A DNA stretch of 64,000 bases from positions 32,001 through 96,000 of IMG/VR virus record IMGVR_UViG_3300028549_000507. One strand, 5' to 3'. The notes below the pieces were generated by a model that was not told the origin of the DNA, made no database searches, and saw nothing but the letters and a program-made list of their open reading frames with translations. Positions 47,390-57,744 of this stretch are shown one piece after another. A program made the position numbers and the translations under genes. Origin of the DNA: a virus. Lineage: Duplodnaviria; Caudoviricetes. Numbering within the stretch: position 1 is the stretch's first letter; each line of letters starts with the position of its first letter.

Positions 47390-47575
47390 TTACTTAAAGT
47401 TTGGCAGTGTAGCCGAATCGAGAGATACATTATCCCCAAAACGATGGTTCACTAAATAATAATTCCCATTCTCATCTTTTAGATATTTACCGTCTAACTT
47501 TTCCGGAATTCCGTCTGTTGAGCAACCGATTAAAAACACACATAGAAATGGTAACATCTTTTTCATATTTTTCAT
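47390..47575 (-). CDS. Putative small lipoprotein
   Basis: MKKMLPFLCVFLIG-C signal/lipobox. Confidence 0.6.
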   Translation of the reverse strand: MKNMKKMLPFLCVFLIGCSTDGIPEKLDGKYLKDENGNYYLVNHRFGDNVSLDSATLPNFK

Positions 47576-47782
47576 TTATCCAACCGTTTCCGTCGGGGCG
47601 TTTTGTTTATTAAACTCTTGAAAGGCCGCCTCAAGGTGTTCACAATCGTACACAGGTTCATCACTCTCTCCAATTGAGAAATACCATGAGTCTGCTCCAT
47701 ACCTATAATAAGTTCCTTCATCGGTATACATAGCAAAACATTCTAATACCGAAACACGTTCTACTTTCATAAAATCCTCCAT
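47576..47782 (-). CDS. Hypothetical protein
   Basis: 68-aa ORF with GGAGG SD, first gene of the array. Confidence 0.55.
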   Translation of the reverse strand: MEDFMKVERVSVLECFAMYTDEGTYYRYGADSWYFSIGESDEPVYDCEHLEAAFQEFNKQNAPTETVG

Positions 47783-48095
47783 TAGATTAGTTATCTCATA
47801 CTTCTTAATATATACTCAATATGTTAATTTAAAAAAAAAAAGAAGAGGGATTAATCCCTCTTCAATATATATCCTAGAAACAAATACGTTTCATTGCAAC
47901 CATCCCATATGGAAACTTTATTATTATCCACGATAATCTCCTACTTAAATTTAAATCCCACAATACAGTTTGGTGCTACATAATATACTACAAGAATCAC
48001 TATTAATGTCATCGAGATTCCTTCAACCATTTCATTCCTCCTAGATTTTCAAAAAATAAAAATACTTGGAGCATAATTGCTCCAAGTATAATCGT

Positions 48096-48929
48096 TTAAA
48101 CAAAGTCCATTTCATCAAATACAGTATTGGTATGCTGTACTGATTCATACTCTTTCATTATCCCTGTTTTATGAGCTGTTTCTAACTCTTCAACATCATC
48201 CACACCACCAGAAAGATCCAGTCGTGATACGGAATTTGAATAATTTTTCATAGCTTCCTCAACTTCAATATCGATTCTCTTTATACATTTTTCAACGTAC
48301 TTATAAAGTTTCTCAAAGTTAAGGTTCTTATCAACCATCAATGATACTTTAGAAAGCGTATTTAGCATAGCCATCAACATCGCTTTAATATCATTCTTAT
48401 CATAATCAACACCTTGACCCAGTACTTCCAGATCTCCATTTGCACGACAACATTCAGAATCACCTCTCAACCAATATTCATAGATAACTCCATTGAATGT
48501 AGCTGGTAGAAGGTCTTCTTGTGTTGGTCCGCGTTTAACTAGTGAGACTATATCAATAAGTCTTCCACTAGAATCATACTCATTTTCATCATCCTCATCT
48601 CTAAAGTAATCACTTAGAGTAGAAGTTAGAAATTTCGATAAGATGAGTAGATGCTCTTTATTTCTAAATGGATTGAATGGTACAAGGATTGGGCTATCCT
48701 TTGTATCAAAATAGTCTTTTCCCGAATCCGGGACATAAAGGTGTTTTCCTGAGAGCGTGATTCCAATCGTATCTCCAATTTTCTGAATAATTCCATCATT
48801 GTTTACATGGAATCCTACATAATTCAAAATCGGACCAATTACAACATTCATCATTGTTCTGTAATCTGTATCATTAATCGACATTATCGGACTCCTTCTT
48901 TCGTTTAAAAATGTCAAGGGTGTAATCAT
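48096..48929 (-). CDS. Hypothetical protein
   Basis: 277-aa ORF. Confidence 0.55.
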   Translation of the reverse strand: MITPLTFLNERRSPIMSINDTDYRTMMNVVIGPILNYVGFHVNNDGIIQKIGDTIGITLSGKHLYVPDSGKDYFDTKDSPILVPFNPFRNKEHLLILSKFLTSTLSDYFRDEDDENEYDSSGRLIDIVSLVKRGPTQEDLLPATFNGVIYEYWLRGDSECCRANGDLEVLGQGVDYDKNDIKAMLMAMLNTLSKVSLMVDKNLNFEKLYKYVEKCIKRIDIEVEEAMKNYSNSVSRLDLSGGVDDVEELETAHKTGIMKEYESVQHTNTVFDEMDFV

Positions 48930-49437
48930 ACTCTAGAAGATCTAGTATGAATTTAAACTTCCCCCAACTTAATGCATTCTTTTTATATAACATATTCCGA
49001 TCATTATTCATCGCAATCTTTTCATGATTAGAATATAGTCGTTTGAAACCGCCAACAGTAGTTTCCTCCTGTATTAATATCGATTTCATTATAGCCATGA
49101 GATCCTCATCTTTAGGAGTTATCTCTAGTCGAAGCGGTTGATCATCTCCCTCAGATTGTACATCAGGAAGTCTAACGCTTTTGAAGCTATCTGACACAGC
49201 TCCTAATCCCTTACTCATCCGCCGTCTCATTACAAGTTCTGGAGTATTGCGATATACTGTTCCATTCACTATGTAGATGCAGATTATATTAGGCACTTCT
49301 TCATGCGTATGGTATATACCTATAAATATATAGTATATACCATTTATGATGATCTTTTGGTATCGCTTCGTGATGTGCGAGGTTCCAAATAAATTCATCA
49401 CATAATTATGTATTCCAACATTATCCCTATCGCTCAT
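48874..49437 (-). CDS. Hypothetical protein, possible C-terminal HTH
   Basis: NALSWGKFKFILDLL resembles a Cro/C1-type recognition-helix region. Confidence 0.4.
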   Translation of the reverse strand: MSDRDNVGIHNYVMNLFGTSHITKRYQKIIINGIYYIFIGIYHTHEEVPNIICIYIVNGTVYRNTPELVMRRRMSKGLGAVSDSFKSVRLPDVQSEGDDQPLRLEITPKDEDLMAIMKSILIQEETTVGGFKRLYSNHEKIAMNNDRNMLYKKNALSWGKFKFILDLLEYDYTLDIFKRKKESDNVD

Positions 49438-49499
49438 AACGGATCCCTTTCATCATGAATATTTTAAACATTCGTTCAAAATGATATATATATGTTAAT

Positions 49500-50219
49500 T
49501 TACGATTTGCCTTTCATAATATTCAGACCCAAATTCAACATTAACAAATTATTACTATAGATATTTTTCATATAGTTTTTCAAAGCATAAGCCATAGCCA
49601 CGAAATCTTCAGCATACATTGCTATAATTGGACCTGCTTGGTTTCTAATAGATATACCTTCGTACAATATACCAGTATCACTATCTCTAATTGCGGCAGG
49701 ATAAAATTGAATGTATTCGAAATCATTCTTATTTACTGTAGGATTATATGGAGCCGGAGTTCCTAATCCTACTAATTTATTCTGACCATCAACCCTGAAT
49801 AGGTGTCTATAACTATCTAATTTCAACCAGTCTAAACATATGTTTAGACTGTCGGCTATCAGTGGGAATTGTTTCTGAGTAAAGAATGATGCTGCCGATT
49901 TAACATATCGTTTATTTTCTTCATCAAACTCTTGTTTTTGAAACCCTATGATAGCTTTACCATACGTATCAAGTGATATTGTTTTAAAATTCCTATTACT
50001 AGAATCCGGATAAGTCTGGATTATAGGAGAAGTTTTATACTTATCATTAATAGTATCATCCTTATCAACCATAAGGATGACTACAATTTTAAACCCTCTA
50101 CATTTGTATACGGTATCCACAATATTTTTAAGACGCATATTCCCCTCACGAAAAAACTTTTTCAATCCGACCATCAGACTTACATTCATAATGTAGTATC
50201 TGATTTTTATGTTTTTCAT
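49500..50219 (-). CDS. Hypothetical protein downstream of the helicase
   Basis: 239-aa ORF; the true start is probably MRLKNIVD. Confidence 0.55.
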   Translation of the reverse strand: MKNIKIRYYIMNVSLMVGLKKFFREGNMRLKNIVDTVYKCRGFKIVVILMVDKDDTINDKYKTSPIIQTYPDSSNRNFKTISLDTYGKAIIGFQKQEFDEENKRYVKSAASFFTQKQFPLIADSLNICLDWLKLDSYRHLFRVDGQNKLVGLGTPAPYNPTVNKNDFEYIQFYPAAIRDSDTGILYEGISIRNQAGPIIAMYAEDFVAMAYALKNYMKNIYSNNLLMLNLGLNIMKGKS

Positions 50220-51669
50220 GGTTGAGAAGTCGTTTATCTGTCTGACGTTTCATCCCCTCGAATGCTCCGTCAGTTAGATCAACAAACCAACCCTTAGGAT
50301 CTCTTATTCTACCTCTCATCTGTCGAACTATTTGTTCCGACGAGATAGGGATAGCATTTATTATCATTACGAGATTTTCAACATCTAACCCTTCTCTATT
50401 TGAGATAGTTGCAAATATTATATTCCGATTAAGTTCTTCATGACGCTTTTCTTTAGCGACATTTCCACTAGTATCTCCGATTGTAGGACGAAATCCTTCA
50501 AAGTAATCGGAAGTATTAATTATCTTATTCAAAGCATCTTTTACAATATTAATACCTTCCAAATATTGGATGTATATTAGTACCTTTTTACTTGGATTGT
50601 ATGAATATTGTCTAAAGATTTTCTTTATAAAATATGCAAGTACGTTCACAAATAATCTAGTTCTAGACTCACTTCTAAATATGTATTTAAAATACAACAA
50701 TGCATGAACCCCTCTTCTAGGTTGGATTCTAAATAGATCCATTCTAGTTGGAGTCGTATAATACTTCATCATTATAATATTAAACTTATTTATTTCATGA
50801 GTCTTTTCACCAAATGATCTAAAATTCTCTCTAAAGATTTTCTTATATAGAGAATCTTGTCTATAATCACTTCTTGTAGGAGTAGCTGAAAGAAATAGAG
50901 TTCTTTCAACTGAACTATTTACAAGTATTCTAATAATCTTCATGAAATGAGAATGGCATTCGTCAAATATCTGAAGACCGATGCCAAATCGCTTATAAAA
51001 CCTATTTAGAATTTCTGTATCATGCTTCAATCCTGCAATCAATGAATCTAATGCGATAACATAATAAGCTCCCATAGGAGAATCTGAGTCATCCATTAGT
51101 TTTTTCATATCTTGCCAAGTCTTTATATAGAATAAATTCTCACCAAGAGTACAATCCGTAAAACTAAGTATACGATCAACCCACTGATTTGATAGGTTAG
51201 TAGATGTTACAAGCGTAGGCATCTGTAAAGCTGTCGATCCCATAATCGCACATACAGTTTTGCCAAATCCAGTATCCAATGTTAATAGTCTATGAGACTT
51301 ACATTTATCCGCAGAACCAAGACCTACTATAAAATCAACAGATTCTTTTTGAACTTTATCCCGAGGAGCCGCAGTACAGGTTACACCTTTTATCCTACGA
51401 CTTTCCACATGTTGATCACTTGTATCTATAATATTTTTAGTATAAATACCGTCTGCCACTAGCTTTCCTAGTACAAAATTAAGACCAACTCCGGATGGAA
51501 TTTTCATTATCCTCAACTTCGTATCATAGAAATATCCAACATGAGTAACTCTTTTCTCTATATAATCGAATATAGATAGAGACTTCTCTAGAGTTGGAGA
51601 CATGTTTGGAGTATACCCATATATGTAAACGGCAGATCTTCTAAGTTCAATTTTAAGTTCATCTTCCAT
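50146..51669 (-). CDS. Superfamily 2 (DExH) helicase
   Basis: LDTGFGKT (Walker A), IFDECH, LSAT, EGLD, QMRGRIR; follows the RNAP beta' gene as phiKZ gp75 follows gp74. Confidence 0.9.
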   Translation of the reverse strand: MEDELKIELRRSAVYIYGYTPNMSPTLEKSLSIFDYIEKRVTHVGYFYDTKLRIMKIPSGVGLNFVLGKLVADGIYTKNIIDTSDQHVESRRIKGVTCTAAPRDKVQKESVDFIVGLGSADKCKSHRLLTLDTGFGKTVCAIMGSTALQMPTLVTSTNLSNQWVDRILSFTDCTLGENLFYIKTWQDMKKLMDDSDSPMGAYYVIALDSLIAGLKHDTEILNRFYKRFGIGLQIFDECHSHFMKIIRILVNSSVERTLFLSATPTRSDYRQDSLYKKIFRENFRSFGEKTHEINKFNIIMMKYYTTPTRMDLFRIQPRRGVHALLYFKYIFRSESRTRLFVNVLAYFIKKIFRQYSYNPSKKVLIYIQYLEGINIVKDALNKIINTSDYFEGFRPTIGDTSGNVAKEKRHEELNRNIIFATISNREGLDVENLVMIINAIPISSEQIVRQMRGRIRDPKGWFVDLTDGAFEGMKRQTDKRLLNHEKHKNQILHYECKSDGRIEKVFS

Positions 51670-51684
51670 TTTGTGCCAATCTAT

Positions 51685-51897
51685 TTAATAATCCACTGGA
51701 TCGTTGAATGCACGATGTTTCTTATGATCATAAGGGTTACACTTTTCACATCCACATCCTTTAAGATGGAATGATATCTTTCTTTTTGGTGGAGGAATTG
51801 TTCCTCCAAGTTCTAATGAGTTACGTTTTTGTTTCACAATATCATAACCTAACAAGTTTGCTATAAATTTTAACATTAAATCTCCTAGTAAAAACAC
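51685..51897 (-). CDS. Small Cys-containing protein
   Basis: GCGCEKC; late-type promoter at 51900-51911. Confidence 0.45.
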   Translation of the reverse strand: MFLLGDLMLKFIANLLGYDIVKQKRNSLELGGTIPPPKRKISFHLKGCGCEKCNPYDHKKHRAFNDPVDY

Positions 51898-51970
51898 TAC
51901 AATTAAGTGTTTGAGAAGATTTATATAAAAAATATAGTAGGAGGAAAATCCCCCTACTATAAATTATCAA

Positions 51971-54082
51971 TTAAAACAAGTACTTTCTAGTTTCTCTAAA
52001 TTCAACACCATTATCTTCGAATACTTTATTCTTGAAGAAGATATCGAATATTCCAGGAACAGACTTCTTAAGACTTTGTGGATCTTTAAGTTGTCTACGA
52101 AGTTCTTGGAATGCGATAGAACTAAATAAGTCAGCTTTCTGAATAGCTTGCGTAAGTTTTACAAACTTAATATTAGGTTCAACCTTAGTAGAATAGTCAG
52201 GTCGTATAATACTATCATTTTCACTTCGCATAAGATTCATTATAAGCGTTTCAATATGAATCATCATACCTTTTGTAGTCAAATCCGCCTTGAATAAAAT
52301 ATCGATGAAATCAACGATAGGATCTTCAGGGCAAGTATATAATGAAGTTTTAGCTCCATCAATAATCGATTTAGTAATACGAAGGTATTTAGAAACTTCC
52401 TCTGTAAGGAGTTTGATCGAGAATATAGGCTCGCTTTGATCTAGGTTTTCAATAGAAATAGATACAAATTCCATATCTTGGAACTCACTCTCCCAGTTCA
52501 CATCCTTATTCTCACTCTCAACTTCAGCAATACTATCAACCACATCCTCATATCGAACCATATCCATGGCTCCAGAATTTGAGATATACCCAATAATATA
52601 GTCACTTATATTGATGAAGAATGATTTATCTTCTAAATCCATTGCTCGCAATACACCATTCTCAACAACGAATAGCATATCTATATATTTGGAATAATCC
52701 AATCCATCTTCAACTTCTTTAGAGTCAATAATATTCTCACTAGATATAATATCACTAACAACTTCAAACGGAATTAATATCTTGATATTACTATCACTCT
52801 TCTTTAGACAGATCTCATTGTTTTCAATGATGAAATATCTAAATAAAGTATCACCAGTAATCTCCTCGGCACTAGTTCCTGTAGCATGTTTGGACGACAT
52901 GCCTAACTGAGTTAGAGGGTTAATCAATTTAATCCCAACAAATCCTCCGATTCTACAATCTTTAAGGATCTTATGTTTATTACCAAAACATATAGAACAA
53001 ACCTTATTAAGACGATGTCCTGTAATACATTTGGTATGAGATCTAATTTTAACAGTAGTTCCGATAAGTTGGGTATCTTTTATAGATATCTCTTTTAGAA
53101 GTGGACCTTTCTCATCAATAAGCATATACTTACCTTCAAGAATCTCCAAATGCTTATGATTCTTTACATGATACGATAGGTAGAATTTAGTTCCACAATC
53201 ATATATAGAAGAATCTAGCTCAGTATTGAGACATGCCAAATTCACCTTACGAGATAAATATCCCGAATCAGGAACTGCTTCCTTCTTAACGATAATTGCA
53301 TTTCTAGTAGTTACAGATTCTGCAAAGAATTCGGAATTAGTCTTCATACCGTGCATCCATCCCTGTTTGATCATTACAGGGAGAATAGATTTATCGATAT
53401 CAATACGAGGTCCTACACCTACAAACATCTGTCCCACTTGAAGTTTCTTCAACATGTTTGATGTTATGAATGGGTATAGACAACAACTAGCATCTTTCTC
53501 GATAATTTCATAGAACTTTTGAGAAGCTGCTTCTAGATATTCTTCGGCAGCACTAGGACTCATATCGTCACTAAGAGTTCTATTATAGATATCCGCAAAC
53601 TCAGGAGATCTAGTTTCTAATGCCATAATATCATATAAGCTAAATGTATTTGACATTATATCACCGTAAATACGAGCAATTCTAACAATTCTCTGTTTTA
53701 CGGTTGAGATGATATCATAATTATCAAAGTCGCAACCAAGTTCAACAAATCTAGAAATAATCTTATTCATTATACCAAGGTAACTTCCCTTGGTTGAATC
53801 TGACATATCATAAACATTATCTTCGGTAATCGGAAATCCGAAAGCAGAGTTGAACAACCACAATATAGAGTTCATATAGAATGATGAAAAATCCATAAGA
53901 TATCTTTTACCATCATCCGTAACCACATATAATGCTTTATGTACAATATCCGGATCGTCGATAACAGTCCCTTCCATCTTAACTAGAAGTCTAAGATGTG
54001 ATAAATATCTAAGTTTCGGATCTTCAATACTAGTAATAGTTCTAGTATTAAATAGAATCCGATCCAACTGGTCTTCAGACAT
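51971..54082 (-). CDS. Multisubunit RNA polymerase beta' C-terminal subunit (non-virion type; phiKZ gp74 / AR9 gp154-like)
   Basis: SGYLSRKV (bridge helix), DCGT, RS..KC..VCSICFG (Zn site), PLTQLGMSSKH (trigger-loop-like); early-type motif variant at 54129-54144. Confidence 0.9.
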   Translation of the reverse strand: MSEDQLDRILFNTRTITSIEDPKLRYLSHLRLLVKMEGTVIDDPDIVHKALYVVTDDGKRYLMDFSSFYMNSILWLFNSAFGFPITEDNVYDMSDSTKGSYLGIMNKIISRFVELGCDFDNYDIISTVKQRIVRIARIYGDIMSNTFSLYDIMALETRSPEFADIYNRTLSDDMSPSAAEEYLEAASQKFYEIIEKDASCCLYPFITSNMLKKLQVGQMFVGVGPRIDIDKSILPVMIKQGWMHGMKTNSEFFAESVTTRNAIIVKKEAVPDSGYLSRKVNLACLNTELDSSIYDCGTKFYLSYHVKNHKHLEILEGKYMLIDEKGPLLKEISIKDTQLIGTTVKIRSHTKCITGHRLNKVCSICFGNKHKILKDCRIGGFVGIKLINPLTQLGMSSKHATGTSAEEITGDTLFRYFIIENNEICLKKSDSNIKILIPFEVVSDIISSENIIDSKEVEDGLDYSKYIDMLFVVENGVLRAMDLEDKSFFINISDYIIGYISNSGAMDMVRYEDVVDSIAEVESENKDVNWESEFQDMEFVSISIENLDQSEPIFSIKLLTEEVSKYLRITKSIIDGAKTSLYTCPEDPIVDFIDILFKADLTTKGMMIHIETLIMNLMRSENDSIIRPDYSTKVEPNIKFVKLTQAIQKADLFSSIAFQELRRQLKDPQSLKKSVPGIFDIFFKNKVFEDNGVEFRETRKYLF

Positions 54083-54204
54083 ATTTCCTCCGTTTAAAAG
54101 ATGTCATATACATTAAATTGTTTATCGTCAAATTATAATATATATCTAAAATGACAAGTTGAATAAGATTAAATAGTAGCGTAGGATTCCCTACGCTACT
54201 ATAA

Positions 54205-54471
54205 TTATTTAACAACTGTACAGGATGACACGAAAGAGCAATTACCACAGTGGGGTTTAACTGCATACTTTTCTTCATCACAATAACATGGAGAATACCC
54301 TTCATCAATCTGCATTTTCCGTATTCTACTGATTCTAGACTTGAGTTCCATCGATTTATGATAAAGAATCTTTTCTTCATCATTCTCAACCTCTAAAGGC
54401 ATATGATCGCCAGTAGACTCAGTACTTCTTCTCAAGATACGTTTGATGACACTTTTAATAAATTTTCTCAT
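54205..54471 (-). CDS. Small Cys-rich protein
   Basis: PCYC...HCGNCSFVSSC. Confidence 0.5.
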   Translation of the reverse strand: MRKFIKSVIKRILRRSTESTGDHMPLEVENDEEKILYHKSMELKSRISRIRKMQIDEGYSPCYCDEEKYAVKPHCGNCSFVSSCTVVK

Positions 54472-54553
54472 TTTGTAGCTCCATTTCTTTTCAATAAAAT
54501 GTTCATTCGCAACATCATATTAGATAATAAATTTTATAATTTTTGGAGAGATT

Positions 54554-55249
54554 ATGTCTACTAGTACTAAAAGTCCTGCTAGGGTCAAGGCTGAAAAGAG
54601 TATTTATGATTTATTTGATGCATTAGATCATAGTGGCTATAATAGTGGTATGTATAAAGAATTATTTTCAACTATGAATGATACTGAATTTAAATCATAT
54701 ATGAGGGATTTATATGAAGAACGACAGTATGTTTACATGGAAGTCGATACAGCTAAACGTGAATTAACTATGGATAAGATTTTTAAAGCATGTGAAAAGA
54801 TTGGCTTTGAAACTCATAAATATGTAAAATATAGAGATTCACAAGAATCAAATGGCGAAAGTACAAGTACAGTCACAACTGAACCGATTCTTATTCTATA
54901 TATGCCTATAAAAAGACTTCAACAAATGTTGAGTAAAAAGAATAGTGCATCAGGAGATATTGATAAAATAAATCCAATGACAGGCACAGTTACAAGTGAT
55001 AGTAAATCTGCCGGTATAAATGATACTCAAACGTTCGGATTAATAACTACCGGTCAAACAGAGGTTATTAAAGAGTTACTTGGACCTAGAGCGGATGATG
55101 AAAGATCGAAAAAACAAATGTTACATATGATTGAAGAACGTGGCGATGTTTCTCTTAGAGATCTGAATATAGATGTTAAGAATAAACAATCTGTAAATAC
55201 CATGAAAGTGTTCCTTAGATCTGTAAATATTGATGTTGAAATAGTTTAA
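54554..55249 (+). CDS. RNA polymerase beta C-terminal fragment (virion type; phiKZ gp149-like)
   Basis: KRLQQMLSKKNS..NPMTGTVTSDSK resembles the beta C-terminal KL.HM..K....GP/QP region; late-type promoter at 54511-54522. Confidence 0.7.
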   Translation: MSTSTKSPARVKAEKSIYDLFDALDHSGYNSGMYKELFSTMNDTEFKSYMRDLYEERQYVYMEVDTAKRELTMDKIFKACEKIGFETHKYVKYRDSQESNGESTSTVTTEPILILYMPIKRLQQMLSKKNSASGDIDKINPMTGTVTSDSKSAGINDTQTFGLITTGQTEVIKELLGPRADDERSKKQMLHMIEERGDVSLRDLNIDVKNKQSVNTMKVFLRSVNIDVEIV

Positions 55250-55284
55250 ATAATAGAGAGGGAGTAGTCCCTCTCTATTATATA

Positions 55285-57666
55285 TTAATATTTAGATCCA
55301 CCTCTAACAGGAGGTACTGCTACAAACTGATTCTGCAAATTTATAATTGTAGCACCAATGCTACCAGTACTATTTCTTCGAAGGATTTTCTCAATATATG
55401 ACATCGGATTAATAGCATCACCAAGTAATCCTAAGAATCCCGCTTCTCTACTCTCGGAATTTCTACCTCGTGTAGCTTGAGTCATCTTTTGAATCCATCT
55501 ATCAAATCTCGATCCAGTATATCTCTGCTCAGAAATCGTTAAACCTCCAAGTATATTCATGTAGGATGTAAATCCATCATTACCTTGGAACAATGGAGCC
55601 CATAAACCTTTAGACATACCCATCATAATCGCAGGAGATAAATCCTTTATAGATAATGAAACTTTTATAGTTTTAGGAATAATACTAGAGCCAGCATATA
55701 CCCAATTATTCTTATCATCTCCTCTGGTGATTGAAAGACTTTCAATCATCCCCATAGGAATTTGAAAATAGCCCGGCATATGAACTCTAACCATAAATGG
55801 ATTTGTATAAGTTCTCTTACCAATTTGTCTAGGCATAGACATCGCTATAAGCATTAGTAATGGAACATATGTATTTTCGAAAATGGCTAAAGGGTGAGCA
55901 TACGGACTTGTGAATGTGAAATCCATACTGATACTTCTAGTAAAAGAAGACTCAGACCACATATCAGGCAATACCATACGACCTTCACCTGTAACAACCG
56001 TAGAAACGTCTCCTCTAAACAATGAGTTTTTAATATTCTCAAATCGTTTAATACCGGCGTCAATAGTAGATGTTACAGCGTTACCTTCTCCGGTGACAAA
56101 ATTATTAGCTTTCGAAGCTGCTGTTTCTGCTGCTTGAGAGTTTAATGTTGCCATCATCGGGTTAGGTTGGGATGAGTTGGATATAGATTCAGATATCGAT
56201 ACATTCTTTCCTACAAGAAAAGGAAGCATACCTTTATGACCACCACGGTTTTCAGGCCTAAATGATCCTGCTAGTATTCTTCGACGTATACCCATATAGG
56301 CTCCGCCGTAATCCTTATCTTCAGTCGGAGAAGATTTAATTTTATCTTTAAATAATTTAAAGAATTTATCTTTAGTGTCATCGAATGTAAACTCCGCTTT
56401 CTCAGAATCTATTTCACCAGTAGCCTTAACACCTTCCCCAGTTGCAGTAACCGCATCGGATATACCATCTTCCTTCTCATATGCACTTTCCATCGCCGCA
56501 GAAGTTCCTCCAGAGAATGCTTCTGCAGGAACTGAGAGGTTGAGCATAATTGCTACTTGTTGAGCCATATCTTCAAAGAATTGGTCATATAGGTCAGTAT
56601 CCAATTCAAATCTCGCAAACTGTTTAAGTCCTAGAAGTTTATCAAATGGATATGATACAATATTCCAAGTCCCACGAAGAACGGAACCCAAAGCATGGAA
56701 CGGAAATGTTAATATATTCTTTAGAGATAATCCACCATCACCTCTAATTCTTTTACTAACTGCGGCTTCATTTGTATTACCTTGATCTAGTAAAGTATTT
56801 GAAATCAAACTAGAATTATACTTTATACGACCAACCTCAAATGTTGCAACAGGAAAGTTTGAATTTATCTTATTATTATAAACTCTTCCAATAAACGGAA
56901 ATGCTCTATCACTTCGAACGTCATCGTGTGGATTGAATTGGAATGGAGGATTTATAACATTTGCATCCCCAATTCCCATACCCCTACTTTTACCATTCTT
57001 CTTCTTATCAGAGAGAGGTTCACCTTCACGTTTAGCGTGATTATTATCTCCCCACAACGCATCGGCAACAGAGTCTAGTATCCCTAGGATACCACCATCA
57101 CCTTCTGCAGTCAGGTCGATTACCATCCCATGTTTATTAGCCTCTTCCAAAGTAGATACGCCTATTGGTACATATTGTGAGTTATTTTCATCGAAACCGA
57201 ATCTTTTTAACGAATTTTTAAGACTACTCGTCATTTTGTCAGTCATATGTGAACCAATATTATTAATCGTATCTACGACTGCGGAACTTCCTACAAATGT
57301 TTTTCTAGTATAATCAGTAAATGTAAGACCGGCAACATCGACGCTAGCTTTAAATTTACCAGTACCAGAACTATCGGGGGTAGAAGAACCAATATCAACC
57401 GATGATACATTTGGTTTAGTTTCAGGGTTAGGATTAACAAAATCCGTATTACTTTTGGGAGAAACTTTTAATTCCTCACCACTACCAGCAGTAACAGATA
57501 CTGTTCCTAATGGAGAGTCCTGCGGAGTTTCATTTCCCAGCGCAGGATTGCTAAATTCCGGTTTACCATAATCCCCAATATAAGACGATGTATTTCCTAG
57601 AGATTCTCTCCCCAAATTATCCAAACCATCATTCTCAAACTCAAGCACTCCTTCAGTTTTTGCCAT
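55285..57666 (-). CDS. Baseplate / tail-tube cap-like virion protein
   Basis: C-terminal PDMWSESSFTRSISMDFTF...PFMVRV...GMIESLSITRG is typical of gp48/tube-initiator-like domains; downstream of the tape-measure-like gene. Confidence 0.55.
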   Translation of the reverse strand: MAKTEGVLEFENDGLDNLGRESLGNTSSYIGDYGKPEFSNPALGNETPQDSPLGTVSVTAGSGEELKVSPKSNTDFVNPNPETKPNVSSVDIGSSTPDSSGTGKFKASVDVAGLTFTDYTRKTFVGSSAVVDTINNIGSHMTDKMTSSLKNSLKRFGFDENNSQYVPIGVSTLEEANKHGMVIDLTAEGDGGILGILDSVADALWGDNNHAKREGEPLSDKKKNGKSRGMGIGDANVINPPFQFNPHDDVRSDRAFPFIGRVYNNKINSNFPVATFEVGRIKYNSSLISNTLLDQGNTNEAAVSKRIRGDGGLSLKNILTFPFHALGSVLRGTWNIVSYPFDKLLGLKQFARFELDTDLYDQFFEDMAQQVAIMLNLSVPAEAFSGGTSAAMESAYEKEDGISDAVTATGEGVKATGEIDSEKAEFTFDDTKDKFFKLFKDKIKSSPTEDKDYGGAYMGIRRRILAGSFRPENRGGHKGMLPFLVGKNVSISESISNSSQPNPMMATLNSQAAETAASKANNFVTGEGNAVTSTIDAGIKRFENIKNSLFRGDVSTVVTGEGRMVLPDMWSESSFTRSISMDFTFTSPYAHPLAIFENTYVPLLMLIAMSMPRQIGKRTYTNPFMVRVHMPGYFQIPMGMIESLSITRGDDKNNWVYAGSSIIPKTIKVSLSIKDLSPAIMMGMSKGLWAPLFQGNDGFTSYMNILGGLTISEQRYTGSRFDRWIQKMTQATRGRNSESREAGFLGLLGDAINPMSYIEKILRRNSTGSIGATIINLQNQFVAVPPVRGGSKY

Positions 57667-57744
57667 ATCAATCCTCTTTATTTTTAAACTCTCCTATTTA
57701 AAATGTTATATGGGAATAACATAATTATTCCCATATAAACATTA

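Noticed and set aside
51971-54082. Group I intron in the RNAP gene, as occurs in AR9
   Set aside because: The ORF is continuous with all expected motifs; no interruption seen.
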